DNA of 64,000 bases from Chlorokybus atmophyticus (Eukaryota; Plantae; Mesostigma and Chlorokybus algae): contig RHPI01000585.1 of assembly GCA_009103225.1 (NCBI GenBank), positions 248,001-312,000 of the forward strand, written 5' to 3'. Below are positions 11,996 through 24,916 of the stretch, piece by piece. Under the pieces are notes generated by a model that saw only the letters and a program-made list of their open reading frames with translations, did no database searches and was not told the origin of the DNA. Positions within the stretch are counted from its first letter, which is position 1. Each line of letters begins with the position of its first letter. A program made the position numbers and the translations under genes.

Positions 11996-13628
11996 TCAAT
12001 TCCGGTGATGATGTTGCTGACGAGGAGAACGCTGGCGCACAGGCGTCTTTGATGGACTAACCCTGCACCAATGAGCACACAACGTTAGGGCCCAGAGGGC
12101 GCTGTGTGCAGCAAAGTTAGAGCAGTATGTAGCAAGAAGTACAAACACAAACATACCGAATTGGCATGGAGCCCAAAATTGCGCCGCTGCAATTGAGTGC
12201 AGCCATCGCGCTCTCAGCCTGCAACATGACCATATTCAGCAACAATGCAACTTAGTTGTTATTCTACCATGTGCAACGTACCAGAACAAACTCTACAAAC
12301 GCTATCCGCGTGTCATGATCGTAATCACCCAGCAACCGAGACCGGGACACCTGCAGTCATTGCAATTAGGTGAGCAGATATCAGATGACCTGCGCGAACA
12401 TACATTACAGTTTTGACGACACTCACCTCGCCACACAGCTGTTCAAAGAATGCCTTGACATCCTGCTGATTGACCTTTTTATCAATGTTGGCCACGTAAA
12501 CAGTGCGAGCACACTGCCCGCGTTCTTCTTTGGACTGTGGAAGGTAGGTGGGGTTGACAGGCAGGATAGCCGTCTTTGAGGGCAGTACCCGCACCGGATA
12601 GTAGCCAAGCACGGTGCCAGCGAGCCCGAGAGCCGCCCATGCGCTGGCCTCACAAGAAAACTCGACAAAGGCAAACCTCAGCACACTGCAAATGTGCATA
12701 GTACACACAAAAAGTTGGTCAACAAGAAAACAACCAAAGTTCTGTTCACCAGCAAGTTACTGGGGGGCGCACCGCAGTGCAGGTTGGGTTACTTGCCTGT
12801 TGGGATCGCCACATACTCTGCAATCCACCACTTGACCGCAAGTGCTGAATAGTGCTGCGAGCTGCTCTTCAGTGACCTGGATGGCATGAAGAGAGAAAGC
12901 TTAAGTAGCGTGACACAGCTTGACTAAGTTGAAAGCACCTACACGCAGTACGTTGACATGTGGCACAAAACCCTGCCAAGATGACCTAGCAAAGAATGCT
13001 GCAACTGAGACTACAATTGATGACCAGAACTGACCGTAGTGCACAATGCTACATGGCGTGCTCTGCACCTGCTGGTCAATGTCGCTGACATACACCGTGC
13101 GGCGGATGCTGTCCTCACGCTCTGCAGTAAGGGTCTGCGGCTTGGGTTGTTTCTCTCCCCGCTGCCCGCGGCGTCCGCGGCTGCCTTTGCTGCTCTTGTT
13201 GCTGCCACTGTCGCTGTCGCGCCCACTCCGAGGAGGCACAAATTCCTGCAATAGCAATCGTTTGGCAAACGGTTGCGGACAGCCAGTAGCAAGCAGACAC
13301 TGAGCAGTCGTGGCTACGGAGTACACCTCCTGGCACACGCTCTTACAGCCATCCAAGCAGCAGAAAAAGCTTGCAGCGAGTGTACCTGTGCAGCTGGGTT
13401 GAGCTTGGACATGAGACGCTCCAGCTCGCCAATGCTGGTGTCATTGTCGTGGGCCTCATTGTGTACACGGCGCCCAATGCGGCCGCTGAACGACCGCTCA
13501 CAGACGATCCCTTGGTGCAGCGGGAGCAGCTGCTGCGCAAGCCTGGAGTCAGCCTGCTGCTGGGGCTGCTGGGGCTGGACGTCTGCAGCGACGTCCTGCC
13601 TGCCGGGAGCTGGCGCCGTCGTCGCCAT
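11996..13628 (-). CDS. CID11-like: PAM2-motif + two-RRM RNA-binding protein, PABP-interacting CID8-13 family, 7 exons
   Basis: Exons 13628-13386, 13245-13069, 12876-12797, 12685-12427, 12350-12282, 12218-12157 and 12062-11996 are phase-consistent. PAM2 SKLNPAAQEFVPP; RRM1 IRRTVYVSDIDQQVTEEQLAALFSTCGQVVDCRVCGDPNSVLRFAFVEF; linker VLPSKTAILPVNPTYLP; RRM2 ARTVYVANIDKK...TRIAFVEF...RVSPSKTPVR. Confidence 0.93.
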
Positions 13629-14364
13629 GGACACGCCCCGCCCAGGCCGAGCCTAGCAAGGCGGAGGGGTGCCGCACATGGCCTACTTCTACTACTCCTA
13701 CACAATTACAGCACTGCTCGCACACTGGACAGACGACCTGGCTTTAAACTTTAGCACTGACTGGCCCGTCCCACGCAAGCAAGCTGCACCGAATGCGAGA
13801 GAGTGTCAACACACACTCCCGCCTGCGGCCGCCGCGGCGCGCTCACACTTTCGGATGAACACTGCCAGCTGGCACTGACGCACACAGGGCCGGGCCAAAC
13901 CCTAATGACAAACACTGGAGATCCAGCAATCCGGTCCGCAATGGATGGCTGATTTCCCGCCCTCCTCCGCCTTTGCGCTCCTGGCCTGCACCACCACCGA
14001 CCCTGCCCCCGCCGCCGCCCACAGGTTGCCACACTATCGTCGCCGGGAGCGAGCGACGAGACGCGATGGAATTGCCGGTTTTATGACCGGTGCTGTGCTC
14101 AAGCCTCGTCTGACACATTTCGAGGGATCTACCCGGAACGGTGGATGACAACTGCGAATCTGCCCACTTAATGACCGAAACGTGACTGGCAATGGCCGCC
14201 GCGCCCCTTCCTCACGCCGGACGTCCATTGCACCTTCACTCTACCTGCCTTGCGCATCCTGTCGCGTTTCAACCGTGCAAGACGACACGGCAAGAGCGCG
14301 ACCTGCCTTTACAACGCAATCAACTGGCCGAAGCTGCAAGAATCGGTGCGCAGTAGAAGCTGCG

Positions 14365-14924
14365 ATGGAATGTGAATTGGTAGCGATCTCCTTGTCAGAC
14401 TCATCCACCTCTGGCGACAGGGGCGGCGTCATGTCACGCGTCGAGCAGTCATGCATCACAGCGCCGGAAATCTATTGCCACTTCAGCAAGGTTTGCAACG
14501 GTTAAACACTCTCCTTGAGAGGCTTGCGGCGAGAGTTGGGCTTGTGGCGCATTCCATGAGTCTCGTCTCAGCTTAGGCCATTGTGGGATGGCACCATTGG
14601 GGCGACTGCTGTTTCCAAGCGTGTGAGTGGGGCGCGTGCTGTGCGACGAATTGTTGTCGAATTTTTCTGTTCCAGCTAAAGTTGCGAGGAGTCGGCCGCG
14701 AGTCGCAAGCAACGCGTGGCCACCGCGGCTGCTCAGGGTCCCTGTCTCGCTTGGCGCAACCGCGCGTGCTGCTGTGGAGGCCTACAACGACAGCGTCGTC
14801 GCCGGCAGCAATGCCGTCGCGGCATGGCTCGCCAGCAACGACATGTCATGGCAGCGCTGCTGCTAATCACCGGTTGCACCCGTATCCACGCAACATCATC
14901 GCGCATCCTACAATGGCTCGATAA
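14365..14924 (+). CDS. Hypothetical spliced small protein, divergent from the CID gene
   Basis: GC-rich and ATG-initiated (MECELVAISLSD...APEIYCHFSK|gtttgc), with plausible acceptors ctcag and ttccag. No recognisable domain. Confidence 0.3.
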
Positions 14925-15749
14925 CTTTGGGTCACTTAAGAACAACTTGTCTCGCGCGGTTATATCGTAAGCACTTCCGAAAATTCATTGTAATTGTAAT
15001 AAATAAGACCCAAGCAAGCTGATAAGCCCTACATAAAGAAGCTAATCAGCGCTATACTGTTTAACATGTCAGCTATATGGTTATTGTTCTTGATATGATA
15101 ACCAATGTGCAATTTGGCCCTCTTGCATTGTAAGAATCAAAACATAACATGTGAAGCACTAGCAGAAATTAATCACTTTTATTTTTGTGATATGTTGAAG
15201 TAGGCATGCTATTGTCCAATAATACGTAATGTGAATTACACAAACGCGTTATTATAATAGGACCCATTACACTCATGTCACATGATGTATGTTGCACAAA
15301 TATATTGCACCATAATGATTGCAAATGATTATTGCAATATTAAATTAACATGTATTGTTAAAGTGTAAATTACTTTGCGTAACTTATTCGGCAGATGGCC
15401 CTTGATGTCACGTCCAAAGAACTGGCGAGAGCCATTTTCGTGTTACTTATGTGGTACAAAAACGAGGATTCCGTGTAGTTTAGTTGTGTAGTACTTTACG
15501 TATGTGCTAATGAAATTAACTTTTGCACACTTAATGTGCAAAGGCACTGTAGCTACACATCGGCACTGTCTACTAGCAAGCACAGGGCTGGTCGGTGTCA
15601 TATGTGTGCCTGCGTATGCATATGGTTGCATATGTGTGCATGTGTCCGCATATGAGTCATATGCATGGACATGGGTGATGTGTGCGTATGTATAAGGTTC
15701 CAGTCTGGTGTGATCAGTCAAAGACATTTACAATGTCGGAGGTTGCTGT

Positions 15750-16790
15750 GTAATCAGTCCTTAACGTTAAATCACATATCAATGAGATAATGTGGCAGTC
15801 CAAGATATGAGTATGTTCAATGCAGCTTGGACAAGGCAAGCAGCCTTAGACTCAGATGTTCAAGGTTAGAGAGCAGCAAAGAAAGGGTATATGAACGGCC
15901 TCGACATATGTAGAGGCAGCTCAGCATGTGTACACCCGTCTCTTGTTTGAGGGGTGCCTAGTTTGGTTGTTCAAGGGGCTCTCCCTCTCATCTTGTTTGG
16001 GTGTAATGTCCATGGTAGCCTTGCACGAGAGTGGGGTGTGGGTGGGTGGGTGCGAGCTGAGTAAAGAGCTTGCCGTCCATCCTCTCTTTCCCGTTGCGGT
16101 GCTGGTCATTCGATTATTAAGGAGCTGCACCATGATATGTTCCAAAGCGACGAACACCACCGCGAAAAGGGTTTTTCATCATGCTATCCTGTCCCCCCCG
16201 CTCATGTTAAATAGCAAAAAGTGCAGCGGATTGTATGCGCCGTTGAGGTTGCTGATACGCTCCATTGCTCCCCCGTTGTATGACATGTGTATTACAATGA
16301 GTTCAGATGTACATTCCAACCACAGTAGTAATAACATGATAGATGTGCTGCTCAGTAGCCGACCATTGATAGTATTTTGTGTTGGTTTTGCTGCTCATCA
16401 AAATTGTTCGGATTGAACATTGTCAGCCCTTTAATTGCGATGGGCGCAATATAATGCCGCTTGTCAGGTACTCTGTCCGTTCAATAATCAACCATTTAAC
16501 CTGCGACATCTACTTTATGTATGTCTATTAACTGCATGAACTCGGGGACGAAATTGTTCTCCTATTGCAGGAGATAATGAAGTCGTTAAGCACATCGCGG
16601 CAGCATACTGAACCACATCATCATCTGCATTGGATTACGGCATTTTTTAGCTCCAGTATATACAGCAGCGCAAATTGTGGCATCTGTTTTGCTTGTAGCG
16701 GGCCTATGTGATGGTATAAAGCCCCCTCCACTATGAAAGTTGATACACCGCCCGCGCCAGCAGGGCGTGTTTGGTGTATTATTAACATGA
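15750..16790 (-). mobile_element. Degenerate Helitron Rep/helicase N-terminal remnant
   Basis: TFIVEGALYHHIGPLQAKQMPQFALLYILE (cf. Helitron F.I.G..YH.IG.L.P....P.FAQLYI.D), DKRHYIAP (cf. D.R.YN.P) and ERISNLNGAYNPLHFLLF (cf. RIS..H..YDPLQYPLLF) occur in the correct order, with stops and frameshifts. Confidence 0.75.
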
Positions 16791-17340
16791 TTGTGTCAAT
16801 GAAGTATATTAAGCAATTTTCATCAAATAATGACATCGTGTCACTCGGTAACTGCGAGTTATCCTGTAGAACAGGCTTGCCACTGATAGATTGCTGATGT
16901 ACTTTCGCGAGTTCGCTTGAAAGGCTTTAGCAACGTAGTTCTGACCCACAAAATGGTTATGCAATCACATGGAAAACTCAGCGTGAACCATAGGTGGTCA
17001 CGACCGTTATGACCATAGTTCATGGCTCTTGACCACACTCACGACCATATGCTCATAGTATCATGTGCACGACACGGGGCTACATACGGTTCACCACCAT
17101 CATTTTGTCCATGGTTTGCAAACTTTACCAATGTAAATATAAATGACAATTACGGCCACTGTGGTGTGAATTGTCAAGGCCAATACGACCCTGCCATTTG
17201 CACCATGCGTGGTGCTAATACTTATAGCCAGAGCGGCATCACGGTCACATGTATGGTCCACCGTCATCATCATGATGATCTCGTCCATGGTTTGCGAAGC
17301 ATAAAGGTGTTCACACCATCGGGGAAGCACCACCATCAAC

Positions 17341-17610
17341 ATGACTGACATGACAGTCACACCACATGTGCATTTAAGAAACATCACCAATATGACTTGG
17401 CAGTCACACCACACATGGTCATCAGTGTCATCATCAGCATGGCTTGACAATCACACCATATGTAGTCGTATGTGTCATCACCAGTACAACTTGACAGTCT
17501 CACCACATGTGGTGATGCGCATTATCACAGTATGACTTGGCTGTCACACCACTTGTGATCATGAGTGTTACAAACAATATGACACAACTAACACACCATA
17601 CATGGTGCTA
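17341..17610. repeat. Degenerate ~47-bp minisatellite, about 6 units
   Basis: Units begin atgacttg..cagtcacaccac at about 17341, 17392, 17439, 17486, 17532 and 17579. Confidence 0.7.
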
Positions 17611-19521
17611 TCCGTCACGGTCATAAATGCCACACTATTGGTGTCAACATGCAGCACCATATGTTGTGGGCAACAATCACACCATGCATGGTCACCACAG
17701 TAGTACAGCGATATATCACAAGGATTCACACCGATCGCGGCACAGTGACATTGGGCAACTAGCAAATACATGCTATTTAACCATCAGAGTGCGAGTACCT
17801 CGACTAACTACAAGTACAATGGTCCGCTAGCTCACGCTATCGGCTAGCAACACATAAGTTAACGGCTTGCGGCAATGTGCACAAAGTCTCTTCAAGGGTT
17901 GCCTTAATAAGCTGCATGTACTTAGCATGCCATTGCACTATGGCTTTCTCTCCTTTTTCGCCGACCAAAAGCACCTGTTTTCTTCGGGTGCCCAATTGAA
18001 TTCACTTTTTATAAGCAACGCTGACCACCTCGTCGATGCGCTCTCTTGTCGTAAGCAGCAGTGTGGGGTCCTTCACCTGAGTGCCATATGTCACGCGGTG
18101 CGACACCAAGACATTGTGCAGAATTTAATTTGAGGGGTTGATTGTCACGTCAAAGCAGCTGGCATCTTCTCGTCGACAGTGTAGGCTGCCAAGGGGTCAC
18201 TGTTCTGCGCATAGCGCGCTTTGTACCTACGCAGCAACACAACCACAACAAGTGGTTTTTTGTTAACTCACCTTCTTATTGCACAGAGGCACAGCTGCTG
18301 GCGGTGTGTAGGTTTTATCATCTTTGAAGCACCAGTTGAGCGTGTGGGCAACATCGGGGTTTGCGTCCTCAGAGCAGCCTTAGCATGGGCACTTCACCTC
18401 GCTTGCACATAGAAACGCTGGCCATGTGATCTCCCGCCCCACCTGATGGCATAGCGGCATACATATAATAGCACATACTTGGACTGTGGACACAAAGAAC
18501 CTTTTAGCATTATATATCTTAGCATCTGCAATGTGTTTGCCTGGATGCATTAATTAACTCTTACATGTTCGCGTAATCATTGCACAAACTCCCCATGGCA
18601 GCCATCCTTCTCTGCTGTTGGCATGCAAATGCGTGCCTGCACAAAAGTGCGAGTCTGAAATGGCCCAGCCCTCTGAGCTTGATGCTATACGAGCGGCAGG
18701 GTGCACCGCTGATGCCGCTAATAATGCCCTTAGCAGCAATTGTCTTGAATGTAGTTGCCCTGGTGTGGCAACAGAAGTGAGCCATACTCAAGACAGTATT
18801 CATGTGTGCTGCGGCAAACAGTACCTTAATGCAGCAGTTGTTAGCTTTTCATTTAATGGTGGCGCAGTTGCATGGGCTTTGTTTAGCTAGATGCCAAGCA
18901 TCACACCTTTCAAACCTTTCGACAGTTAGATGCGTTGATGCATCTAACTGTCGAAAGGTTTAACATTGTGCCTGCAGAGATGGAGCTTGACCCGATGGTG
19001 CGAGCTCGTTTGTCCCTCGCCGCCTGTTTGCGCTCAATCGCGGCTTAAGCCGTTGCCATTGCCGCAATTGCAGAAGTTAATAACCTTCTCCGTAAAGTGT
19101 CTATGTATCCGCATTACACGCGTGGACTGTATTAGTGCTTGCATGGAGACATGGCAATTGCAATACATGCAGCATGCAAGTTCACAGTTAACATGTGCGA
19201 CTCACTCTCCTCCCATAGGTTGTACTCTCCTTGGACCAAGGGTTCGTGTTCTTCATTGACCTCCCTAATGCATGCACGCCTCATTTCGATGTCTTGTGCA
19301 CTGCTTTAAATGTTCACATGCCTAGTAGAAATGTCGGGGAAGTGCTTCTCGATGGTCTTAGTAACGCCGGCCAAAGCTTGATACACTTGTGCCACATACA
19401 TAGCTCGCAAAGCCCTCAAGGACACCTATGCACGAGGCTACTCATATGTCATCTTCCCACAACAGTCAATAGCTAATAACAAGTTGCTCTCAGCTTGCGC
19501 TAGGCTATGCCACTTGAAGCC

Positions 19522-22500
19522 TGCTAAAGGTACTTTGTTAGGCGCCTTAGCTAGACTTCTACCATCATCTTCACTTTGGGATTTACGCTCAATTGTTGCT
19601 ATGGGAGTTACAGTCCACTATGGTCAACGTTGACTTTGACCTCTGAATTTGACTTTAACCGTTGACTAATGTACACTAGTGTTGACTTTGACTAGCATTG
19701 ACTAGTGTTGACTAGCACTCACTAGTGTACTATATTCATTGCAGGCTAGCAAAGGAAGCATGGCAACCAGCTATGACAAGGTCAACATCAAGCCACTGGA
19801 CCTCGACAATCATGAGACATGGAGAATTCGGTTGCAGATGCTACTCATGCACAAAAATCTATGGTCGGTGGTGGCTCCCACAGAGCGCCCTCTCAACTTG
19901 GAGGATGCACCCACAAAGGATGAGTCCAATCAGGTACTTGCCTTGATAGGATTGAATGTGGTACAGCATCATTTAGCGCTTGTTGCACGTTGCAAGTCTG
20001 CTAGAGGATTGTGGCAGAATTTCTCTGAGGTTTACAAGGCTAAAAACAATGCTAGGAAGTTGCGAGTGAGGAGGTAGTTGAATGCTTTGAGGAAGGATGT
20101 TGCTGAAACTGTTATCCAGTTCATCTCACAAACCAGGCAGCTGTGGGACGACTTGCTTGCCTTTGGACATGAAGTGAAGGATGTGGAGGTGGTCTGGGTC
20201 ATCCTTGTTGGCTTGCCCAAGGAGTTCAAGATGACTGTCACTATAATGGAGTCAACCAGTGAGGAGCTCACCCTCAAGACCATCACCCCACGCCTATTTT
20301 GAGTCGAGCAACGCGCATTCACTTCACGACAGGACGAGGCTGAAGCTGTGGCACTTGCGGCACAATCCAATCCACATTGAAACAACAACAACGGTGGTGG
20401 GAAGAAGGAGACGCGTACCTGCCACTTTTGCAACAAGAAGGGACACTCGAAGAAGAACTGCCGCAAATTGAAGCGCGATCAACAATAGAAATCGGAATCT
20501 GTTATGCAAGCCGTAACACTTGCTGCTAGCACCACTGCTATCGAGAGCGCTTAGTTGTTCGATTCTGCGTGCACACAGTATATTGCCCCACACAGACATG
20601 ACTTCCAGGAATATCATGCTTTGAGCGATGCTGCTGGTGTCAAAGTGAGCATTGGCAACAAGCTGCGCTTGCAAGCGTGGGAGTAGGCACCGTCATCCTA
20701 CACACTGTGGTTGCGGGCGCTACACACGAAGTGACCTTAAAAAGGGTGATCCACGTGCTAGGATTAGCTTTCAGCCTGTTCTCCGTTCGAGGAGCTACAA
20801 GCGCAGGCGCCAAAGTTGACTTCACTGCTCATGAGTGTTAAGTCAAGGTGAATAACCTTGTTGTTGTGGAGGGCACATTGCAACAGAGCTGGAACTGCAT
20901 CATGCTGGATCGCTAGCATGCGTTGTCTACGACAGTCACTGCATCGGACACCGCTCATCTTTGGCACCGAAGACTTAGACATCTTGGATGGGACAACCTT
21001 GCAAGAGTAGTGGCTGAGGACATGGTGGAAGGGATCAACATAAAGCGGAGGACGTCAAGGCAGTGCAAGGTGATATGTGCGAGACGTGCGTGCTGAGCAA
21101 AATGCCTAGGCAGCCTTTTCCTACCTCTTCCCGCACCAATATAGCACCCTTGCAGCTCGTGCACATGGATGTGTGCGATCCCATGCCAGTTGCGTCCACT
21201 GGAGGGAGTTGGTATGTTGCCACTTTTTTTAATGACTTCAGCAACTGTCTGCTATCATTCCAGTTGCTGCGAAGTTGGATGTTGCTGCTGTAGTCCAAAG
21301 GACACTCGCTTAGCTGGCTACACAAGCAAAAATAAAGGTATTGGCATTGAGAAGTTATCGGGGCTCTGAGTACCTCAACCACACCTTGAAAAAACTACCT
21401 GAATGAGCATGGCATCAAGCATGAGACTACTGCACCCTACACCCCTTAGCAAAACGGTGCTGCAAAGCGTCTCAACCACACGCTTGTGGAGCGCGTGCGT
21501 GCCATGCTTACAGGTACAAAGCTGGACAAAGCTTTGTGGGCTGAGGCGTTTATCACGGCCAACTACATTCGCAACAGGTCATCTACTAGCAACAAGTCCA
21601 AGACCCCGTGGGAGTTGTTACTATGGTGAGAAGCCTGATGCGACGCACATGCGTGTGTTTCGAGCAAAGGGCGTATCCACACATCCCCAAGCAACTGAGG
21701 AGAAGCTTGAGAATGTGAGGGAAACAGGTATCTTCGTGAGGTACGAGCCAAACCTCAAGGCATACAGGATCTTGCTTGAGGACAGCAAGAAGATCGTGGT
21801 TCGAAGGGATGTTGTCTTCGACGAGAATATGGTGGCAACTTCACCACCAACACTATCTACAACCATGGACGTTGACATTGCTGATGAGCCGGATGTCATC
21901 ACCGCACCACCTGTCAATGTGGAGGTCCTTGGCGATTCGCCACATCTTGAGGAGGATAAGATTGCACCCGTGGATGAGCAGGAGACGCTACCCTGTGAGA
22001 AACAAAGCGCCACTACAATTGTACCAAAGTATTCAGGCCATGAGAGCTGAAACCACTGCGAAGAAGGAGCCATGCACCTACGAAGAGGCCATTACAGCTT
22101 CAGACGCAGAGGTGTGGCGTAGGCCATGGATGAGGAGATTGCTTCGCTACACGCTACCTTGGGTATTCGATCAGGTTCCACAAGGCTTGAAGCCCATACA
22201 TGGGCTTGACGCCTTGTGAAACCTGTCAAGTGGGTGTATAAGATCAAGCGTGATGGCAACGGCAACAGTGAGCGCTATAAGGCGCGATTTGTGGCAAAGG
22301 TCTTCCTATAAGAGGAGGTGTTTGCGCCTGCTAGAAAGCACGCAACCTTCAGGGCACTGTTTGCAAAGGTTGCTGTAGAGGACTTCAAGCTGCACCACCT
22401 GGACGTGAAGACTGCTTTTCTCTATGGAGAGCTTGATGAGCAAATCTACGTGCAACAGCCTTCAAGTTTTGAGGAGGGAGGCTCAAGCAAGGCTTGCTTG

Positions 22501-23947
22501 CTACACAAGGCTTGCTTGCTACACAAGGCTCTTTTGGGGCTTAGGCAAGCGCCAAGAGTCTGGCACATATGGCTCAGTAAGGAGCTAGAGTAGATGGGCG
22601 TTCTGGGCTCTTTATCAATAAAGACGGCCAAGTGTGGTTGCTGGTGTACGTGGACGACAGTATCTTAGCATCACATGATATTGCAGCAATGTCACATATC
22701 AAGGTGACGCTGCATTCTGCTTTTAAGATTCGAGATCTTGGCAATGCACGCCTGTTTTTTGGCATTGTCATCATCAGAGGTAGAGTTGCAAGGACATTTA
22801 AGATCACTCAAAAGCAGATGGTCTTCGGTGGACTTAAGAAGTTCAAGTTGCAAAGCGCCAGGGGCAAGGCAACACCACTGAGCGTGGGAGTACATCTACG
22901 CAAGACACTACCGCAGTGCTTAAGAAGGCTACGTATTCATATGGTGAGCTGGTTGGGAGCCTCATCTACTCGTCCTGCATGAGGCCTGACATCGCACAAG
23001 CCATGGGAGTCTTGACGAGACACATGTCAGCACCGACCATGGAGCACTGAAAGGCGGCAAAAGGAGCTTTTTGCTACCTTGGTAGCACTCTGGACGTAAG
23101 CATTACTTTTAAGAGGATAAAGGACATCATAATACATGGTTACTGTGATGCGGACTATGCGGGGACCTCGACACGAAGAGGTCTACCACAAGATACACTT
23201 TCCTGATGGGAGGAGGCGTCGTCAACTAGAGCAGCCGACTACAACCAACAGCTGCTGCATCAACCACTGAGGCCGGAGTACATGGCATCTTCATCTGCTG
23301 TGAAGGAAGTATTATTGCTTCGCAAGTCGGTCATTGACTTGAGACATGCATTGAGCCGTGTCACATTCATGTGTGACAAACCAAGGAGCGCTCAAGCTAA
23401 GAATGCACCCCATCACATCTGCCAGGCCGAAGCACATCGACATCATGCACCACTTGGTGGAAGAGAGAGTTGCACGAGGCGAGGTAGAGTTCAGGTACTG
23501 CAGCATGGAGGACATGCTCGCCGACTGCATGACCAAACCACTACCATCAACCAAGTTTTAAACTTGTTGCTTGGGGCTCGGAGTTGAAGGCTACATATGC
23601 TCGTGTGGGAGTGTTGAAGGTACTTTGTTAGGCGCCTTAGCTAAACTTCTACGATCATCTTCACCTTGGGAGTTGCGGTCAGTTGTCGATATGGGAGTTA
23701 TAGTCCACTATGGTCAACGTTGACTTTGACCATTGACTTTGACTTTGACTTTGTCCTTTGACATTGACTTTAACCATTGAGTCGTATTGACTAGTATTGA
23801 CTTTGACTAGCGTTGACTAGTGTTGACTAGCACTCACTAGTGTACTATATAAGATATTGTATGTTGTGCTATATAGTCGAATCCACTCTGCTCTATTGCT
23901 TGCGCCACGCTTGTGCTTGTCATTGTTGCTATTGAGCAATCCCAGTA
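19522..23947 (+). mobile_element. Ty1/copia element family A, copy 1 (degenerate gag-PR-IN-RT-RH)
   Basis: TSD AAGCC at 19517-19521 and 23948-23952. The 5' LTR 19522-~19731 is truncated; the 3' LTR 23612-23947 follows a purine tract. Motifs: gag KPLDLDNHETW, CCHC-like [58 protein letters not shown] and LLVYVDDSI, RH KHIDIMHHLVEE. Many stops. Confidence 0.95.
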
Positions 23948-24804
23948 AAGCCTTCTTGGCCTCGGAATAGGTGTAATGCTACCCTAAAGTTGAGCTCTTA
24001 ACTCGCCTAAAAGGGTGTTGCACTCTAATTCGTGCACGCGAGTGCAAGAACTCTCTGTCTCACCGTGGAAACACTCACCTACAAGTGTTAGCAATGTACA
24101 TACACTCGCACAAAAGTGTTGGTACTCTCACGCCGTGTATACACTTATGCGCGGTAAGATAGCATTTGCACTTTTACATGCATGCATGCACAGTATGGGA
24201 GTACTAACACTTGTGTGCGAGCGTGTGTATGTGCGTACGTACGTTGTTAACGCTTGTAGTTGAGTGTCGATGCGGCGGCCTTCACCTACTTGGCGGCAGC
24301 GGTAGCGGTCGCGGCTTCCTCGCGGGGTGTGGCTGGTCCCACCCCGCGCGGCCCTCTAGCACACTCCGGAGTTAAAGGGCTTTTGGTGCATTTTATAGAG
24401 TGCACTCGTTAGCACACAAAATTTGAGTTGAACACGGCCCAGCGCTGCGGGACGCTTCCCCCCTCGCTCCCCTGCGCGAAAGATGCATTATGGTAGCATC
24501 CACGATGGCTATAGAGCGTCCCGCGCCTTCCCCTTCCCAATCTCGCCTCCCCTCGCTGCACAGTTATCCCCCTGCTCTTTCGCGTGGACTGCAGCAGCCA
24601 TGGAGGAAGACAATTGTCATCCTTTTTTTGGCCGCGGCTAATCAAAACTCCGCATTGCTGAGGCTTCTCACAAGGGCCGCTCCCCCACACCTAAGTTGCT
24701 CTTTACCCCTTTTCTCCTCCCTACTGCTGTGCTTGCTAAGGACTTGGTGGACATTGTTGCTAGAGTTATATGAGTTATATGAGTTATATGAGTTCATGAA
24801 GCGC

Positions 24805-24916
24805 CCATTTCAGGCAAGTGGGTGTTCAAGGTAAAATGCAACGGTGAAGGGAACATTGAGCGCTACAAGGCAAGATTGATGGTAAAGGGATTCCTACAGC
24901 AAGAAGGTGTGGAGTT
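24805..24916 (+). mobile_element. Short Ty1/copia RT fragment embedded at the DIRS copy 1 left end
   Basis: Encodes KWVFKVKCNGEGNIERYKARLMVKGFLQQEGVE. Confidence 0.85.

Noticed and set aside
17341-17610. CRISPR-like periodicity
   Set aside because: Repeats are degenerate, spacers are mutually similar, there are no cas genes, and the context is eukaryotic.
17850-18500. Possible ancient gypsy RT remnant on the minus strand (EFNWAPEENRCF)
   Set aside because: Too decayed to support as a feature.
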